Source: Orbicella franksi (lineage: Eukaryota). Taken from it: a DNA stretch of 64,000 nucleotides. Of this stretch, positions 46,763 to 59,932 are shown piece by piece (position 1 is the first letter of the stretch; every line of letters begins with the position of its first letter). The translations under genes were made by a program, and so were the position numbers. The notes beneath the pieces are model-generated. The model ran no database searches, had not been told where the DNA came from, and saw only the letters and a list, made by a program, of their open reading frames with translations. Location: the NCBI GenBank assembly GCA_964199315.1, contig OZ116698.1, positions 24,056,001-24,120,000 of the forward strand, given 5' to 3'.

Positions 46763-47069
46763 GTTAAAAGGCTGTTGATACGCGCAAACTGGTACAAAAA
46801 TTATGCTTAATTTGCTGGTCGAGTCATTTGAACAGGGCTGTGTTCTAGAAGCGCCCGGGTGCCACAGGCGACTAATTTTTGACTTTGGGCGACTGGAAAG
46901 TCTCGCTTTTTTTTTTCATATAAGCTTAAGTGCTGGGCACCCAGGATTTCATAATTAGGACTGAACTTTTGGCTCCTCGAAATTTCTCGTAGACCACAGC
47001 CTTGTTTGAACCTTGATTGTCTCGGCATCTTTCTTCGGCGACATTATATATTTCTTAACAAGTGGAAGC

Positions 47070-47239
47070 AATAGGCCATTTCCGAGTTGCTTTTTGATTT
47101 GCGCAAAACCATTCATATAACAATTTTTTCCGCGTACAGGTTCATTCTCATGCCAATGAAACTCATTTTCATGTGAGAGGTTTTTGCACGAGGACTCATT
47201 TTGAAACAGAGGCACAAGGTAACTCGGAAATGGCGTATT
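47070..47239. mobile_element. MITE, AATAGGCCATTTCCGAGTT TIR family
   Basis: AATAGGCCATTTCCGAGTT ... AACTCGGAAATGGCGTATT. Confidence 0.75.
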
Positions 47240-49695
47240 GTTGAGTCTTTAATGCATGCAATACATGTGATTACCTGATTGACAGCATTGCTTAAGAACC
47301 CCTTCGTTTTAAAAAAGCATAATATACTTTTTATAATTATGTAAATGATACATAGCTAACTTTCAGGAGAAAGCAGAACCAGTACCACATTCAAGTGACC
47401 CTTTGAGATCATCTCAGTTCTTGTATGTAGGTCCTTGGTATAGAATTGAATATATTGCCGTAATGATTCGATTTAGCTTAAGGGATAGCTCTTATTTGAG
47501 AGGGGTCACTTATTAGGGAGGGGCGCTTATTTCTTTTTTAAGTGTAAACTTCAGAATGACATAAAGCATTTCAACCTAAAAACAACTGGTTCTTTGACTA
47601 AAGAACAGTGCATAGTTTTAACACCATTCGTGTGTTGGATATGTTCAGACTAGGCAAATCACCCCTCTTATCAGTCTATGCTGTGTCAATGTCGTGAATG
47701 CCATTTTCGTAATGGGTGGGGCTTATTGGAGCAGGGGTGTTTATTGACAATAGGGTGGTGCTTTCATTAACAAGGGAACGGTTAATGGACCCGGGACGGC
47801 TGATTCGAATATAGTTGCATGTTTGCAGAGTCAACCAATTTATACGGTTTCGTTACGGCCACCCTGACTTCCCAACTCTTAAAGAGCTCTCTCTCCTAGT
47901 TCCTAACAGATTCTTAGATTATCGTTTTAAGCTACCTTACCTAAGCTTTTAGCCTGCGTAGTTCTTGGTTTTTAGCTTGTCAAACACCTATATTATGAGC
48001 CTCTGGCTCGGAGACTGGGACACCACTCCCTGTGTATTTGACGTCGAATAAAGGAGGAGTTGTAAGCTGTTTACATTCTTTGGTAAAAGTTATTCCGTCC
48101 TTCGGATTTTGGATAGCTCTAAATGACAGCATAATGTAGGTTTTTGTAATTAATAAATGTGATTGTCCATAAATAGAAAGAGTGCGATATACCAAAGGTG
48201 AATTAAATTGCAGTTGACATCCTGAATAGAGGTTTTCACTTGGTTGGTTTTCCGTTTACCAGAAGGGCCAGAAGGAGTGTCTGACCTCAGCTAAATCGTT
48301 TTGAGTCTTTCAGGGTCTTTCAGCCATTCGCACGCTAGCAAATAACGTCCCTTGATTGGCCAAATAACAGATCTTGCATGTGTACGTGAGATGGGTTAAA
48401 TTACAAAGACTACACGAGGGACCGAACAAAATGATCTCGTACTATGGTAGTGATTCCTCTTTGTATGGTCTGGAGAATTTGCGGGCATAAATAGCTTGGG
48501 GTGCACTGTACTAACAGAGATTGTTTGTCTTTTTTACTAAGCTTTTATTGCTTTTTATCAGCGATCATCCCACGTCGTCCTCACCTCGGGACAAGGTTAT
48601 TTTTGGCGGCGATTTTTAAGATCACTCGTTGACAAACATAAGCTTAGGCATTATTGTTATATAGCGGGAAGTTTTTCTGTAAAAGCACGCTCTCCCATTA
48701 GCTACTGTTTCCCTCCAAAAGACTCTAAGCGAATTTAAAGAGCCCTTTTCAAACTTATGTCAGGCGTCTTTTCAGTACATTTGTCTTTGATTTTTTCCCA
48801 AAGTGGCACGAACTTGTGAGCCGCGCTCAAGTTCGCGGAAAGAAATTATTGACAAATGTATGGAAAATTAGAAACATCCCTCAAATTTGGCCAATGCAAT
48901 CCCTTATCGAGTATCTTTACTTTGATATTTATAAATTGTTCAGAATTCAGATTTTTAGAAAATTTATTTGCCATCGGATTCCCTCACAAACACTGTAATT
49001 GCTGACCCTGTTGCCTACCCATAAAACCCGGACATGAAATGGCTTCTAAACTTTTTGTTTACGGCTGGACCTCTACTCGCCATAGAGGTAAATCGTCATT
49101 TTCTCGCTAACGAGTATGGTGAGCTATCATTTTTTTTGTTGTTGTTTCGAATTGAATAATAAATTTCTCTGTGTAAAATAAATATTGACCAAGATTCAGT
49201 GTAGAAAAAGAAAAAAACAATCGTCGGAAACGTGACTTTAGCAAGCAATCGTGACTACAATCATGGTGCTATTACAAGGATTTATTGGGTATAAACAAGG
49301 TGCTGTTGCTCCTATACGAACACGGGGACCCCTCATTTTTATTTCAAAATTCAAGTTCCTATAATATAAACAATCAATAGGCAAAGTTTCACAAAAATAT
49401 CAGTGCAGGTTCTATTTCAGTGGAATGACCTTAAAAAACTTAAACCTAAACCTCGTACCCATGCCCAAGCTCTTCTCTTCTTTTGGGTTGAGGAGAAGAC
49501 ACCGGGGACGAGGTTGCATAAGAGTTTGTCATTTTGGCGTCCATTTTGAAAATCGTCTGGTGATGTAAACGTTCCAAAAACAGTACTCTTCGCTACAGGG
49601 AATTCGAGAGGCAACATGGATCGCAGATAAAAATCATCTTGGGTAAGCAAAAGCGCTCAATTAGGAATAATTCTCATCTCATGGTTTAACGCTTC

Positions 49696-49738
49696 ATTTG
49701 CGACTGATGAAGGGGTTTTTCCCGAAACGTCTCTAAAT
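49696..49738 (+). ncRNA. Solitary minimal hammerhead ribozyme motif
   Basis: ATTTGCGA-CTGATGA-A-GGG(GTTTTT)CCC-GAAA-C-GTC-TCTAAAT; cores and stem II intact, stem I imperfect. Confidence 0.55.
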
Positions 49739-51672
49739 ACCACACATGAGCACTTTTTCAATTTTGTTAACTTAGACGAATGCAATAATTCTCATCCTCT
49801 CTGTCCCGGAAGAATTGGTCAATTACCTTCTTCTCACAGTAAACACTTGGTAATTAATTTATAAAATAACATGTTACAGCATGATATCTCTTCCTAGACG
49901 AAAACAACAGTCGAAGATGACCACGTAAAAGCGATTGCGTGACACTTCCTTCACTCATAATTTCACCCAACATAAGCTTATAAGTTCATCACTTAAACCG
50001 ATTTATATGAACGCATAGAATCTTAGATAAAGAATACTAACTGATAAGTTATTACCAACCATTTAATATTGTTGGGGTGTGTGTGTCATTCTTGAAGGTA
50101 GGGAGAGTAGTGGATTTGTGAAGGATCAACCCACCAATCTAATACCTTCCTTGGTAATGAAAGAGTTTGCAATTGATTCGTCATTTTAAGTTGCCAAAAG
50201 GGAATTAACAATGTTGCATGTATGTCATTCTCACCATGACATACATACATCCCACCATGCGTGCTTTCCCACCATGTATCAGTAACACAGAACATGATGG
50301 TACATGTATCTTCCTCTTGGTACAGTGCACTGACTTTCTACACATCACAGTATCATCCCAGAGAAACCCAGGTTTTTTAAACATCCTTGCTGTGTTTTTC
50401 AATTTATGGCATTTACATGCATGCTAAGTCATATCTCCTGTGGTAAAGGACTGTACCAGAAAGCATAACTGCAATAAGGGGGTGGGGATAGCCCTGGGGA
50501 TCAGAAACTCCTACTTCCTGTACCCTACTCTCCCACGTCCTGTACTTTTATCTCCCGACTTCCCCCTTCGTCCAACTTGCTCCCATCTCCTGTAAATAAG
50601 AAGACTCAAAACACATCTTCGTCATTTAACTATGCAATCCTTGAGCATCTCCTTTTCCTTTTTTCCTCTGTAGTAAGCCTTGCTCTTCTTACTCACCTCT
50701 TTTGACAGCTTAAGTGACATTCATGACCTATGACATAACCACTGTAAAAGGGTTTCCAATTTTACTGGGAGTAAACCTCCGTTTTTTAGCCCAAGGGTGA
50801 ATTTTTGTTTTTCTGTTGGCCCAGAAGTCTCAAAATAAGCTAAATGTAAGTCAAATAACATTCTGGGTTCTTATTTTTGAAAGTATTTTAACACTTACAG
50901 CTGTAATAAATGATTCCCACCTTCTTAGAACTCCTGCTTCCTGCCCTTTCCTCACCCGCCTCCTGCCCCTTATTCTCCCAGGTTCCCACCCCCCTGTCCC
51001 CCCACCAATAACCTGGTTTTCTCCTGGGACCATCCAGAAAGAAAATGTGAGCACTGACAAAATGGTGGCCCTGTCCATAAGTAGAACCAATGTTTATTTC
51101 TTACTTGAGACATGTTTTCAATACCTAATATTTAATTTGTTTAATTTACGACTTGTATACAACTTAGCTTTTTACAATAACTCAGAAATTATTGCATGCT
51201 CAGTGGCCAAGTTTCATTGTCAATAAGTGGACAGACACATGAATTTATAATTTATGTGATGTTGATGCAGGAAGTGAGAGAGGACAATTTGACAATAATT
51301 ATTATTTTGTTATTGTAAAAAACAAATTGACATCACTTTTTCATGCATCTGTCCTGTTATTGACAATGAATTTCAACATGCAAGCATATGTAACATTGTC
51401 AAAGTAGTCTGGAGATCCACTTGGCTATTTCCTCAAGGATCCACAGCTACTTGGACAATGTCATGACAAAGTTCATGGTTAATAACAGGACAGATGCATG
51501 ATAAACTGATGTTGAGTTGTTAAATAGTGCTGCTTATAGTAATAGTAACTTGAAATTGTTGCACTGTTTTTATAGTCTGCGTGCAGATGTGTACTTTTTC
51601 CTTCTTTATGAAAGGAAAAATTAAAGTAGATATCTGCATGTTGGCTTTATTTTTATTTAAATTTCTATAATA

Positions 51673-51812
51673 TTATAGGCGACCAGCATCTTGACATGTT
51701 TTACAACAAAGATCCAGCCATGCCCTGGTGGAGCAGAGATTATACTTCACAACTGCTTTGCACTGCTTGCTGCTATACTTGTCTTGGTTACAGACTGTCT
51801 CTAATACAACAT
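51673..51812 (-). CDS. ADAMTS-like terminal exon: PLAC domain
   Basis: (D)VVLETVCNQDKYSSKQCKAVVKYNLCSTRAWLDLCCKTCQDAGRL*; C...C...C...CCxTC PLAC pattern. Confidence 0.85.
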
Positions 51813-54800
51813 CTGCAAAATCAATCAAAACAATAGCGAGTTTGCTATAAAAAAGAATAATTTATTAGCATGCTAAATCATCGATTTAAACTATCACACA
51901 TGTAAGGGAGGCACAAGACATTATGGGCAGTATCAAAGATTTGCCCTTACTGGAGTTCAGTCCTCTTAGAGCTGTTGGAATAAGTAATAAGCATTTTATT
52001 ACACAGCATACTTCAAAGTAAAGTTGTCTTTTAGGTTGACAGTAGAAGCAATGGCATAATTTCACTTGCTGATTCAAACACACGATTTTATCTTATTTTC
52101 TCTAATCTCCAGTCAGAAATATCCATTCAATGATGAAACCGTACCTTAAGGTAATAAGTGAGTTAGTGAAGCTCCTGGGGGTTATTCCCGTATATGGGCG
52201 ATGAAGGTATGTCCAGTCCCAAAGGGTATGGTTTTTTTTAACCATTTTGGTCTTAAATACATGTACATGTAAGGTATCGAGTTTGGCCATTTTGGTTTCA
52301 AATAGGCTATGGATTTTGCACTCTAGTCTTGAATTGAGTATGTTTTTCACAAGAAGCCATTCTACCTATTGCCTTTAATATTGGTCTGAACTAGGGAACT
52401 AATTATAAGGCAGGGCTGAAAGTGGGTCCATATTGATTTAAGGGTCAGGTCTTAAACAGTGTATCAAATTTTTGGTCACATCATAAAAAGAGAAGGGAAA
52501 CTCACAGATTTTGGTCTTAAATATGGTAAGGGTTTTGGGAAGCGGGCTGCACACCCCCACCAAATCAGTTTTCTGGGGGTACCTTCCCTGGGGTGAGGTG
52601 AAGCAGACATTTCAAGCATAAGCCTTTTGTCAAAGCAACCCTCGTGAAAACCTTTTTATGTTCTCAAAGGATCCTCAAAGATATTCGAAAAGGTCTTCAA
52701 TGATCCAATTGAAGATCCTAACAAGGTCTTTCAAAATTCTTGCCAAGATCCTCAACTGAAGGTCCTTAATATTCTTGCTGGAATCTGTAAGGATCTTCAA
52801 CTTCTTGTCAGGGTCTTAGAGGAGTTTTGATTACCTACAGTAGGAGGAACCTTGCAAATATCTTTACAATGTAACAGATACTTCAATTAAGGACTCTTAC
52901 AACATCTTTAAAAGGATCTTTTAAGAATCCTTGAAAGAGTATCATCCTCAATATTATTATAATCCATCAAATATTTACGCGTGCGCGTGATTGGTCTTAA
53001 CACATCTCGTGACTGAATATTTCCCAGCTAAAACTGGGGAATATCTGAGTGGTATTCCCCAATTTTCAAAACCACGCTTGTTGCAAAAAAATATTTGAAG
53101 GATAATAAACACAATAACCTCCATTTGGCGCGAAAATATGTTCGCATATTTGTCCTTGGACATTACTTGTTCCTCGAGCTCACAGTTTTCCTCGAGCTAC
53201 GCTCTCGGAAACTTGTTCGCTCCTCAGAATAGATAATGTCCGCGAACAAATATCTTTGTTCCCGCCAAATGGAGGCTATTGTTTATATATCCTGTAAGTA
53301 GTTTTTCAAGAAGGAAGAGCTCGGAAAACTGTCCTGAATGGCGGTTTATTTATCTCTTTCAAGCTTACGTTGATAACAAGGTAATGTGTAACTTTACAAA
53401 CCGAGCACGTGACACGCATTTCACGTCATGTGCACGTGCGACATCACGTGCACGTGCAAAACATCAATTGCTTGATCTCTGCCCAAGGAGAGTTTAAAGT
53501 GGTCTAAATTTTCCAGTTCTTGACAACTTGTGAGATTTTTTTGTTTCGGACGTTTGTGTGCCATATGAAGTGTGTGTGAAGTAACCTGTGTTGACTTAAA
53601 GGCAACACCCACCTATTTTCTTGCATTCCTTGAGCCTACACTCACGTGCTGATGCTGGTTTTGAGCCTGTATTGCAAGTATTACCAGCTTTTCCGGTTAG
53701 AGTATGCTTACAGGTCACTGACCGTCTTTGCATTCCTAATCCACATCCAGCAGAACACTAAAGAGAAGATAATTTAATTTATGTGGTACAATACCACATT
53801 ATATGCGTGCAGATTATCTCACTATTATTGAACTGAAGGTACAGATGAAACAGATTTTAACTCACACTCCCCCAGGTCCCAGCACTCCAGTCATAGCACG
53901 ATCCTTTAAAACAGGATTTTCGTGTGGGGGGTTTTCTTCTGTGTTCACAGTTTCCCTCAACTGGGCAGCGGACATTCCTCAAACGGTAGCCAACACCACA
54001 CAGAGCGTGGCACTGAGAGATAAAAAAACAAATGTATTTATGTAACATTTGACATCATGATGTGTCATGGCGAGTTCAGAAGGACAGAGGTCTCATGCAG
54101 AAACCACATGCACCAACTGCAGCACTTAGGCTGGATTTAGAATTCAAGGCTGTCTTAGGTTGACTCGGTGAATTCTTTGATGACCTCACTTGCAGCCAAT
54201 CAGTGTTTGATTCCCCGCGGTGCCTGATTTTAAACTTAACAAAGAAAATAATTTTGAAGTGTCGCACAACACATCATTTTAAAGCAAAAGATTGCTGTCA
54301 TAAAACAAATCGAAGTGCAATTTTCAAACAGTATGACTGTATTTAAGAGAAGATAATTTTGGTAACAAAAAAAATGTATGCAATTTGAATGACGACGGCC
54401 TTTAACGTTTTTTATAGGTTAAGATCTATTGTCGCGGAATGGCAATCATCGCACATTGTACATGTATGGACAATCGTGGCACTCAAAGGAAAAGAGAAAG
54501 CCATCTTTGACTCCATTCGGTGCCTACGGCTAAGGAACTTGGCATTCGCAATTGCCTTACTCGCAAATGGCATTATATAGTAATTTCTTCTTTTGATACT
54601 GTAATGCTCGCTGTTTTTTCTTTGAAGAAATCTAACACAGAAGACAATAATCAAAAGAACAACGCAAAAAGATGCATTTTTGGGTTTTAAATAGGTACTG
54701 ACTCACTTGAGACCATGGACCAGCCATCCAATTTAGGTGGCACGCTTTCTTGATGCAATTTTGAACCCCTGAAGGTTTGTCGCTGGGGCACAAATGGCTA

Positions 54801-54911
54801 GAGCTCTCTTCAGTGGTGCCATTTCTAGTTTGATGCATACAAGTAACCGAACGATACTGTAGACCAGGCCCGCAGGTCTTGGAACACGGTTTCCATGGCG
54901 ATACTTCCCAC
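51673..54911 (-). CDS. 3' end of an ADAMTS / ADAMTS-like gene (TSP1 x3 plus PLAC)
   Basis: complement(join(51673..51812,53613..53757,53866..54012,54707..54911)); AG/GT boundaries with compatible phases. Upstream exons were not found in the window. Confidence 0.85.
52174..52593. mobile_element. Second copy (reverse) of the 28187-28640 repeat
   Basis: Shared segments such as GGTCTGAACTAGGGAACT and GGGAAGCGGGCTGCACACCCCCAC. Confidence 0.65.
53613..53757 (-). CDS. ADAMTS-like exon: TSP1 repeat
   Basis: CSAGCGLGMQRRSVTC...CNTGSKPASARECRLKEC; phase 0-1. Confidence 0.85.
53866..54012 (-). CDS. ADAMTS-like exon: TSP1 repeat
   Basis: CHALCGVGYRLRNVRC...KPPTRKSCFKGSCYDWSAGTWGS; GTGAG donor. Confidence 0.88.
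54707..54911 (-). CDS. ADAMTS-like exon: TSP1 repeat
   Basis: WEVSPWKPCSKTCGPGLQYRSVTC...CPSDKPSGVQNCIKKAC...WMAGPWSQ; TTGCAG acceptor, GTGAG donor. Confidence 0.88.
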
Positions 54912-55859
54912 CTGCAAGAGATGAACTTTCATCACCGTTCATGTGTTTTCAAGAGTTATTTGATTTAAGTTTCATTATGTGGCAGCGCTTTTTCAAACTA
55001 GAAATCATGGAATGGAAATTTCCGGAAATTCAAATCAGAATTGTTGGTCGAATGGAAAGCGCCCCTAATTTTCACATGAAGGGTTTGGAAACAAGAAAAC
55101 GTATTAGAATACATTTACTTGAACGACAGTATTAGGAATGACGATGTTGTGGTCATTGTTTTTTCATTGTTGATTGAAGTTTATTGTATATCGTAAGACC
55201 TAAACTGCTATTTCTGTTCGGTTGAACTCTTCCTCTCTAGGTACGGGAGGTAAAAGTCATTAAAATAGTCTTTAGCAGCTGCAGTTTGTATTTAGTTTAT
55301 AAAAATATCTACACGAAGTCAGTTCTTAACTGATTGTTAAAAAGAAAAAGCTCTGAACCTTATTTGACCCATTTACCACCATAGGGTATCAAAATTAGTT
55401 CATGCATGTGTACTTTCACAATTCCTGTAAGTTCGTTTCAGATTCCTAGAGTAATAAGCTTATCTCTTCCTTTTTTGCAGTTTCCACTCAGTGTTTATAC
55501 ATCCTATAAGGCTGGTAACAAGAAATACAACGATCGGACGTAACCCCAGAGGCCTGGAACGTTGATAGGTTGGTTCCCTATTGTGCCTTAGACCTACATG
55601 TATATAGCTAAAACATTTGAAAACAGTTGCGCTGCTTGTATCTAGATGATAAAATTTTCAATATATATCTTGAAAAACGATCGGATTGCGGAAGGAAATT
55701 TGAGTTTATTAATGTACATGCAGTGGATCTAAAGACTATTCGTAATTACGATTTCCAACGCGATTAAATTAAAGTCAGTGCAAGCGAGATACATTGTTCT
55801 TTATACCATGCTCAAGTTCGCTTTTCCCTGGCTTTTTGTACCAAGCGGCCGGAGTCTGA

Positions 55860-56050
55860 CTACGCGGGGCATGGTACAATTACCGCATATAACCAAATCA
55901 GGAATACAAGAAAAGCAAGTTTCCTCCATGATCTTAAAGACTCTAAAGGGGTGCACAATGTGTTGGTACCTATCGGTAGCTATGGTAACCAAACAGACAG
56001 ATACGACCGAACTACAAGTCTCTGAGAAGAAAGACAACAACTTGCAGTGG
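55860..56050 (-). pseudogene. Class A GPCR pseudogene fragment (TM3-TM4), paralog of 59933-60991
   Basis: HCKLLSFFSETCSSVVSVCLVTIATDRYQHIVHP, then a frameshift to FLVFLIWLYAVIV and a stop. Confidence 0.75.
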
Positions 56051-56521
56051 GAGCATGTTTTTTTAAAAAAACAATACGTCATTCTTTTTCTTGAGATAAA
56101 ACGACTGATTCTCTTTAAATGTGTACAGTTTCTTTGCTAGCATCTGTTTGGCACCAGTTCCATACTCGTATAGGTACCGTGACCAAATCTATTTATAAAG
56201 AGGACAAAGCAGTGGAACTAAGAACCACCTAAATGGCTATAAATCGCCCTAGAAACCTCACGAAAAAAAGTGAGGACAAAGCCAATAACTTCGGTATTTT
56301 ACAGTTCCGTGATGAGGAGTTTAAGCAAGAGCGAAGCCAGTGTTGACTGTGCCATTTGCATTCAAATGTAAATTATCCTGTTGTCAGCCCAAAGCTCGCT
56401 TACTTGCAGAACTGAAATTGGTTCTATGGTTTCTTGAGGCACTCTTGAGCACCGTAGATCGGCAGTTTTCTTTATAACGTGAATTGTCAAAAAAGTCTTT
56501 TTTTTTTTCACCTGCCCGTAG

Positions 56522-56679
56522 AATAGACCAATTTCGATATATTAAAATTCAGCCAAACAATAGACCCCAGTACGAGGCTATGGGGAATAACTACAGAGTT
56601 TGTGGGGTTTATTCCCCAGAGCCTCGTGCTGAGGTCTATTGTGTTAGGCTGAATTTTAATATATCGAAATTGGTCTATT
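56522..56679. mobile_element. Palindromic MITE
   Basis: AATAGACCAATTTCGATATATTAAAATTCAGCC ... GGCTGAATTTTAATATATCGAAATTGGTCTATT. Confidence 0.8.
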
Positions 56680-57227
56680 AGACAGACCAGAAAAACAACG
56701 ACTGGGAAATTTTTAGTATTTGCGTATAATTTTAGAAAGATATCTGCGCTATGCCATTTATAAAAGAGTCCACGGCCAATCAATTAATGCGAGTAGACTC
56801 GAATAAAACGAACTTTAGCACGTAAAATTATTTAAAAGAAAATTTAGTACTGAATTTGCATTCTGTGCTACTTAAAAGTTGACTGCATGCTCTCATAATT
56901 ATCCATTCTGGGCAAACGTATGTTTGCGTGCGTTGCATAAAACATAAGTGTTTGCCTTGGGAGATAGCTTACGAGATCTACAGAAGTTTGCCCCTAATGG
57001 TTAGTTTTGGGAATGAACAATTATTGCCCAAACTGAATGTGGTAGAGAAGGCCTACATAACATCTTATTGACCTGTGTGTGTTGCCAAGGCTAATGTTGT
57101 TCACTGTTTTCTTGTATTTCACCTGTGTGCTTTACATGGGACTACAACCTCAGTTCCCACTCAGAATATTCGCCCTGTCATACTATCGTTATAATAACTT
57201 CAAAAGATTTTTACAACACAATAAAAA

Positions 57228-59145
57228 TAGGTGCTCGATGAGCGCATGAATCCACGGCCGTAGGTAAGTGGATTAGGAATCTCTGCAGGACCTGAGTTTA
57301 ATTCAATGTCTCCAGATAACAAAAACTTCGTTTCTGACATGAGGTTGTTTTTATTATCAAACTTAACTCGGATAAAAATTCTGGATAACATTTATAATTC
57401 CAACCAGAAGACCAACACTTTTCTTGTTCAAATTTTGTTAAACAAAATCGAGTAAAAATAGACTCTTCTTCATGAGCAAGCTTGACAATTCATAGTTCAC
57501 AACTGGTAGCCACAGTTCTCTGTCTCTTTTCCTACATGGAGCAACTGATAAGTTTACTGATTGAAGATGAAAGATTTACTCTTACATGTACCTTGCCTAA
57601 GTGTAAACACTGGAAAGATTGGCTTTCCCTCCGAGTATTTGCAGAAAAAATACTAGTTACATAATGACCAGGCATAGCTTCTGTGGATGTGTATTCCATG
57701 GTCATAATTTCGTCAACTAAAGCTTTTCGTTTGCACTCTGCTAAGAGAGTCATATGTCCTTAAGAGGAACTCTCACGTAATCGCGGTGCCATTGACTGCG
57801 TTGCAGTGCTCTGACTGCATCATCCTTCGAAAAGGATGCGTGCTCCCTCGAAAGAACTGCATAATCCCTTGAAAGGGTCGAATTATCCCTTAAAAGGGCT
57901 GAATAATCCCTCGAAAGGGATTCGAGTTTCCTTGAGAGGAATGAATTACCGCCAACGGCGAATTCGTGATTTCTGTGCCATTTGAGTCGCCCAGTGATCG
58001 ATATAATCGGCGTGATTGCAGATTCTGTTCTACATTGCGAAATATTGTTTAAAGTTTGAGTGCGTGGCATTAATGTCCTCTGTGTCACAAGTAACATTAG
58101 GGACCTTTATACCATGCAAGGACGGGAAGGCCAAGACGGGAACGGCAATGGACGCGGGAAATAAACTTTCGCGTGCTGTGTCGCCAAAGACAAAATGCTT
58201 TAAGTTGTGTAATTTTCGTATAGGACGGCGACGTCAATAGCTCTAGCTTCATAAAAGCTTTTCATAAAACCAATGACATCCCTTTAAGATAGTATAGAAA
58301 TATTATCCAGTTAAGCTTAAACGATGGTGAACAGACGACACGGAACTTACTCTTATGTATATATGTAAAGCAAACCTTCCTAATCTGTCGGTATTTAATC
58401 TTGAAAGAATCCAGAATTTCCGTATGAAGAATTTATGTGAACGATCTTTGTATCGACCTGGTTCAAAATGCTTTTTGTCAGCAGAGCGTTTTAGAATCGA
58501 TCCTGCCTGTAGCTGAAAGAAATATTTATAATAAAACAAACATTACCTTGAGTTCCGGGTTGTATGAAGACATGAAATAAACACCAATTTGCAAATGTGC
58601 ATTTTATTTGCTCGATAGCTGCTTTGAAGACACGTAACAATCGTATTTCCAATCAAAACCTTGCAAGATCATTCGAGAACAATGTTTTGGCACATTCGCT
58701 GATAGCTGTGCCTGGCTATATCAGAAAAAAAAAAAATAGAAAACTTTGTCTACCCCCCAATTCGCGTCACTTCGAAGAGCGTGGGAAAACGAGTCTGCAA
58801 TGTCATACTCCCGGTCAGCGGTTAGAGATCGTAGTCATTGATAGTGCTCCGGAACGCTGTGCTTCTGCTAGTAAATTCGCATTTTTTTTCTCCGTTTTGA
58901 CAACCAACTCCTTCTTACGAACATTGACAGGTTTGACTAACCGAAAGCCTACCGACAAATCAATCGTGACTATTCTTCACATATTTTGTTCCTTTCAATC
59001 GTACAGTCGGTCATTCGGGCACTAATTGGGAAGCGATCTTCGCACATGCGAGGTTTGATTAAGTACGAATATTCTTTTGTTACACGATTTTTGTTAACGG
59101 ACACGCTCGATGACATAGAATCTACGGCCCTCCGGCCGTAGATTC
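57228..59145 (-). mobile_element. Non-autonomous Helentron (Helitron2/HINE-type), copy B
   Basis: Minus-strand 5' end is a perfect hairpin GAATCTACGGCC-GGAG-GGCCGTAGATTC. An inverted copy GGCCGTGGATTC lies about 20 nt from the 3' end, followed by a small GCTC-ATC-GAGC hairpin. T-run target, no TSD, internal tandem repeat. Confidence 0.78.
57826..57935. repeat. 21-bp tandem repeat (about 5-6 units) with internal CCCT-CGAA-AGGG palindrome
   Basis: GAATAATCCCTCGAAAGGG-type units; a shorter array is in copy A at ~22497-22545. Confidence 0.75.
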
Positions 59146-59932
59146 AAAAATGCAAATAATCACAATAGGTTTAGTTTCTTATTATAGTGAACACGTAAAC
59201 TATTCTTGCTCAGTTGATAATTTTAGCTGTTTCTAGAACAGTTTTTCAGATGTCCTTTATTTATCAACACTGGCAAAACATCACTTTAGTGTACTTGAAG
59301 TACGTTCTCTTATCTTGCCCATGTTCGTCATCAACCAATTATTGCTAGTTTGACATTATTGACCAAGGCCAACTAACTACTTTAAGCTATGCTAGCTGTT
59401 CTTCGTATTCAGTGATCAACAGCCTCATTACCCGCCACTGTTGGGTTGTTCGGACATAGTAGATCTAATTGATACATTTGTCCCTGTTGTAGGTCTTAAA
59501 AACCGTAATTATATGTAGCATGCTAAAATTACCAGCGAGTTCATTATATTTTCATAATATATTCATGATGATTTTCTCATATTTGCCCAGCTGAAGTTCT
59601 GAGTTAACAAATAAAAAAGCCGTTAACTGCGCTTTTTTATTTTTCAAGAAATTTGGTTTTGGTTTTGGGTCAGAAATAACTATTTTCAAAGCTTGCTCGA
59701 CTTCTGCAGATCTAAAGATGTGTTCTTTTTTAATGGGGTTATCGTTAATTTTTCAGCACCAATATAACCATTAAAATCACAGTGTTTGATTTAAGTGCAG
59801 TGTGAAAATTGGTATACATACAAAACACAACGTCTTTTTTTCCGCTTTATCCTCCATTCCTCGGTTGGAACTCACCAGGCTTGATTGACAGCTTACATTA
59901 AAAACATTTGCGTGTTTCAGGGGGTAAACTAA

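Noticed and set aside
50816-51226. Pro-rich 136-aa ORF and its antisense Gly/Arg-rich ORF
   Set aside because: Translation of C-rich subrepeats of a MITE-like element; no splice or domain support.
56404-56480. Possible upstream ADAMTS-like exon ending ...FCK with a GTAAG donor (minus strand)
   Set aside because: An in-frame TAG lies seven codons upstream, the acceptor context is weak and the Cys spacing is not TSP1-like.
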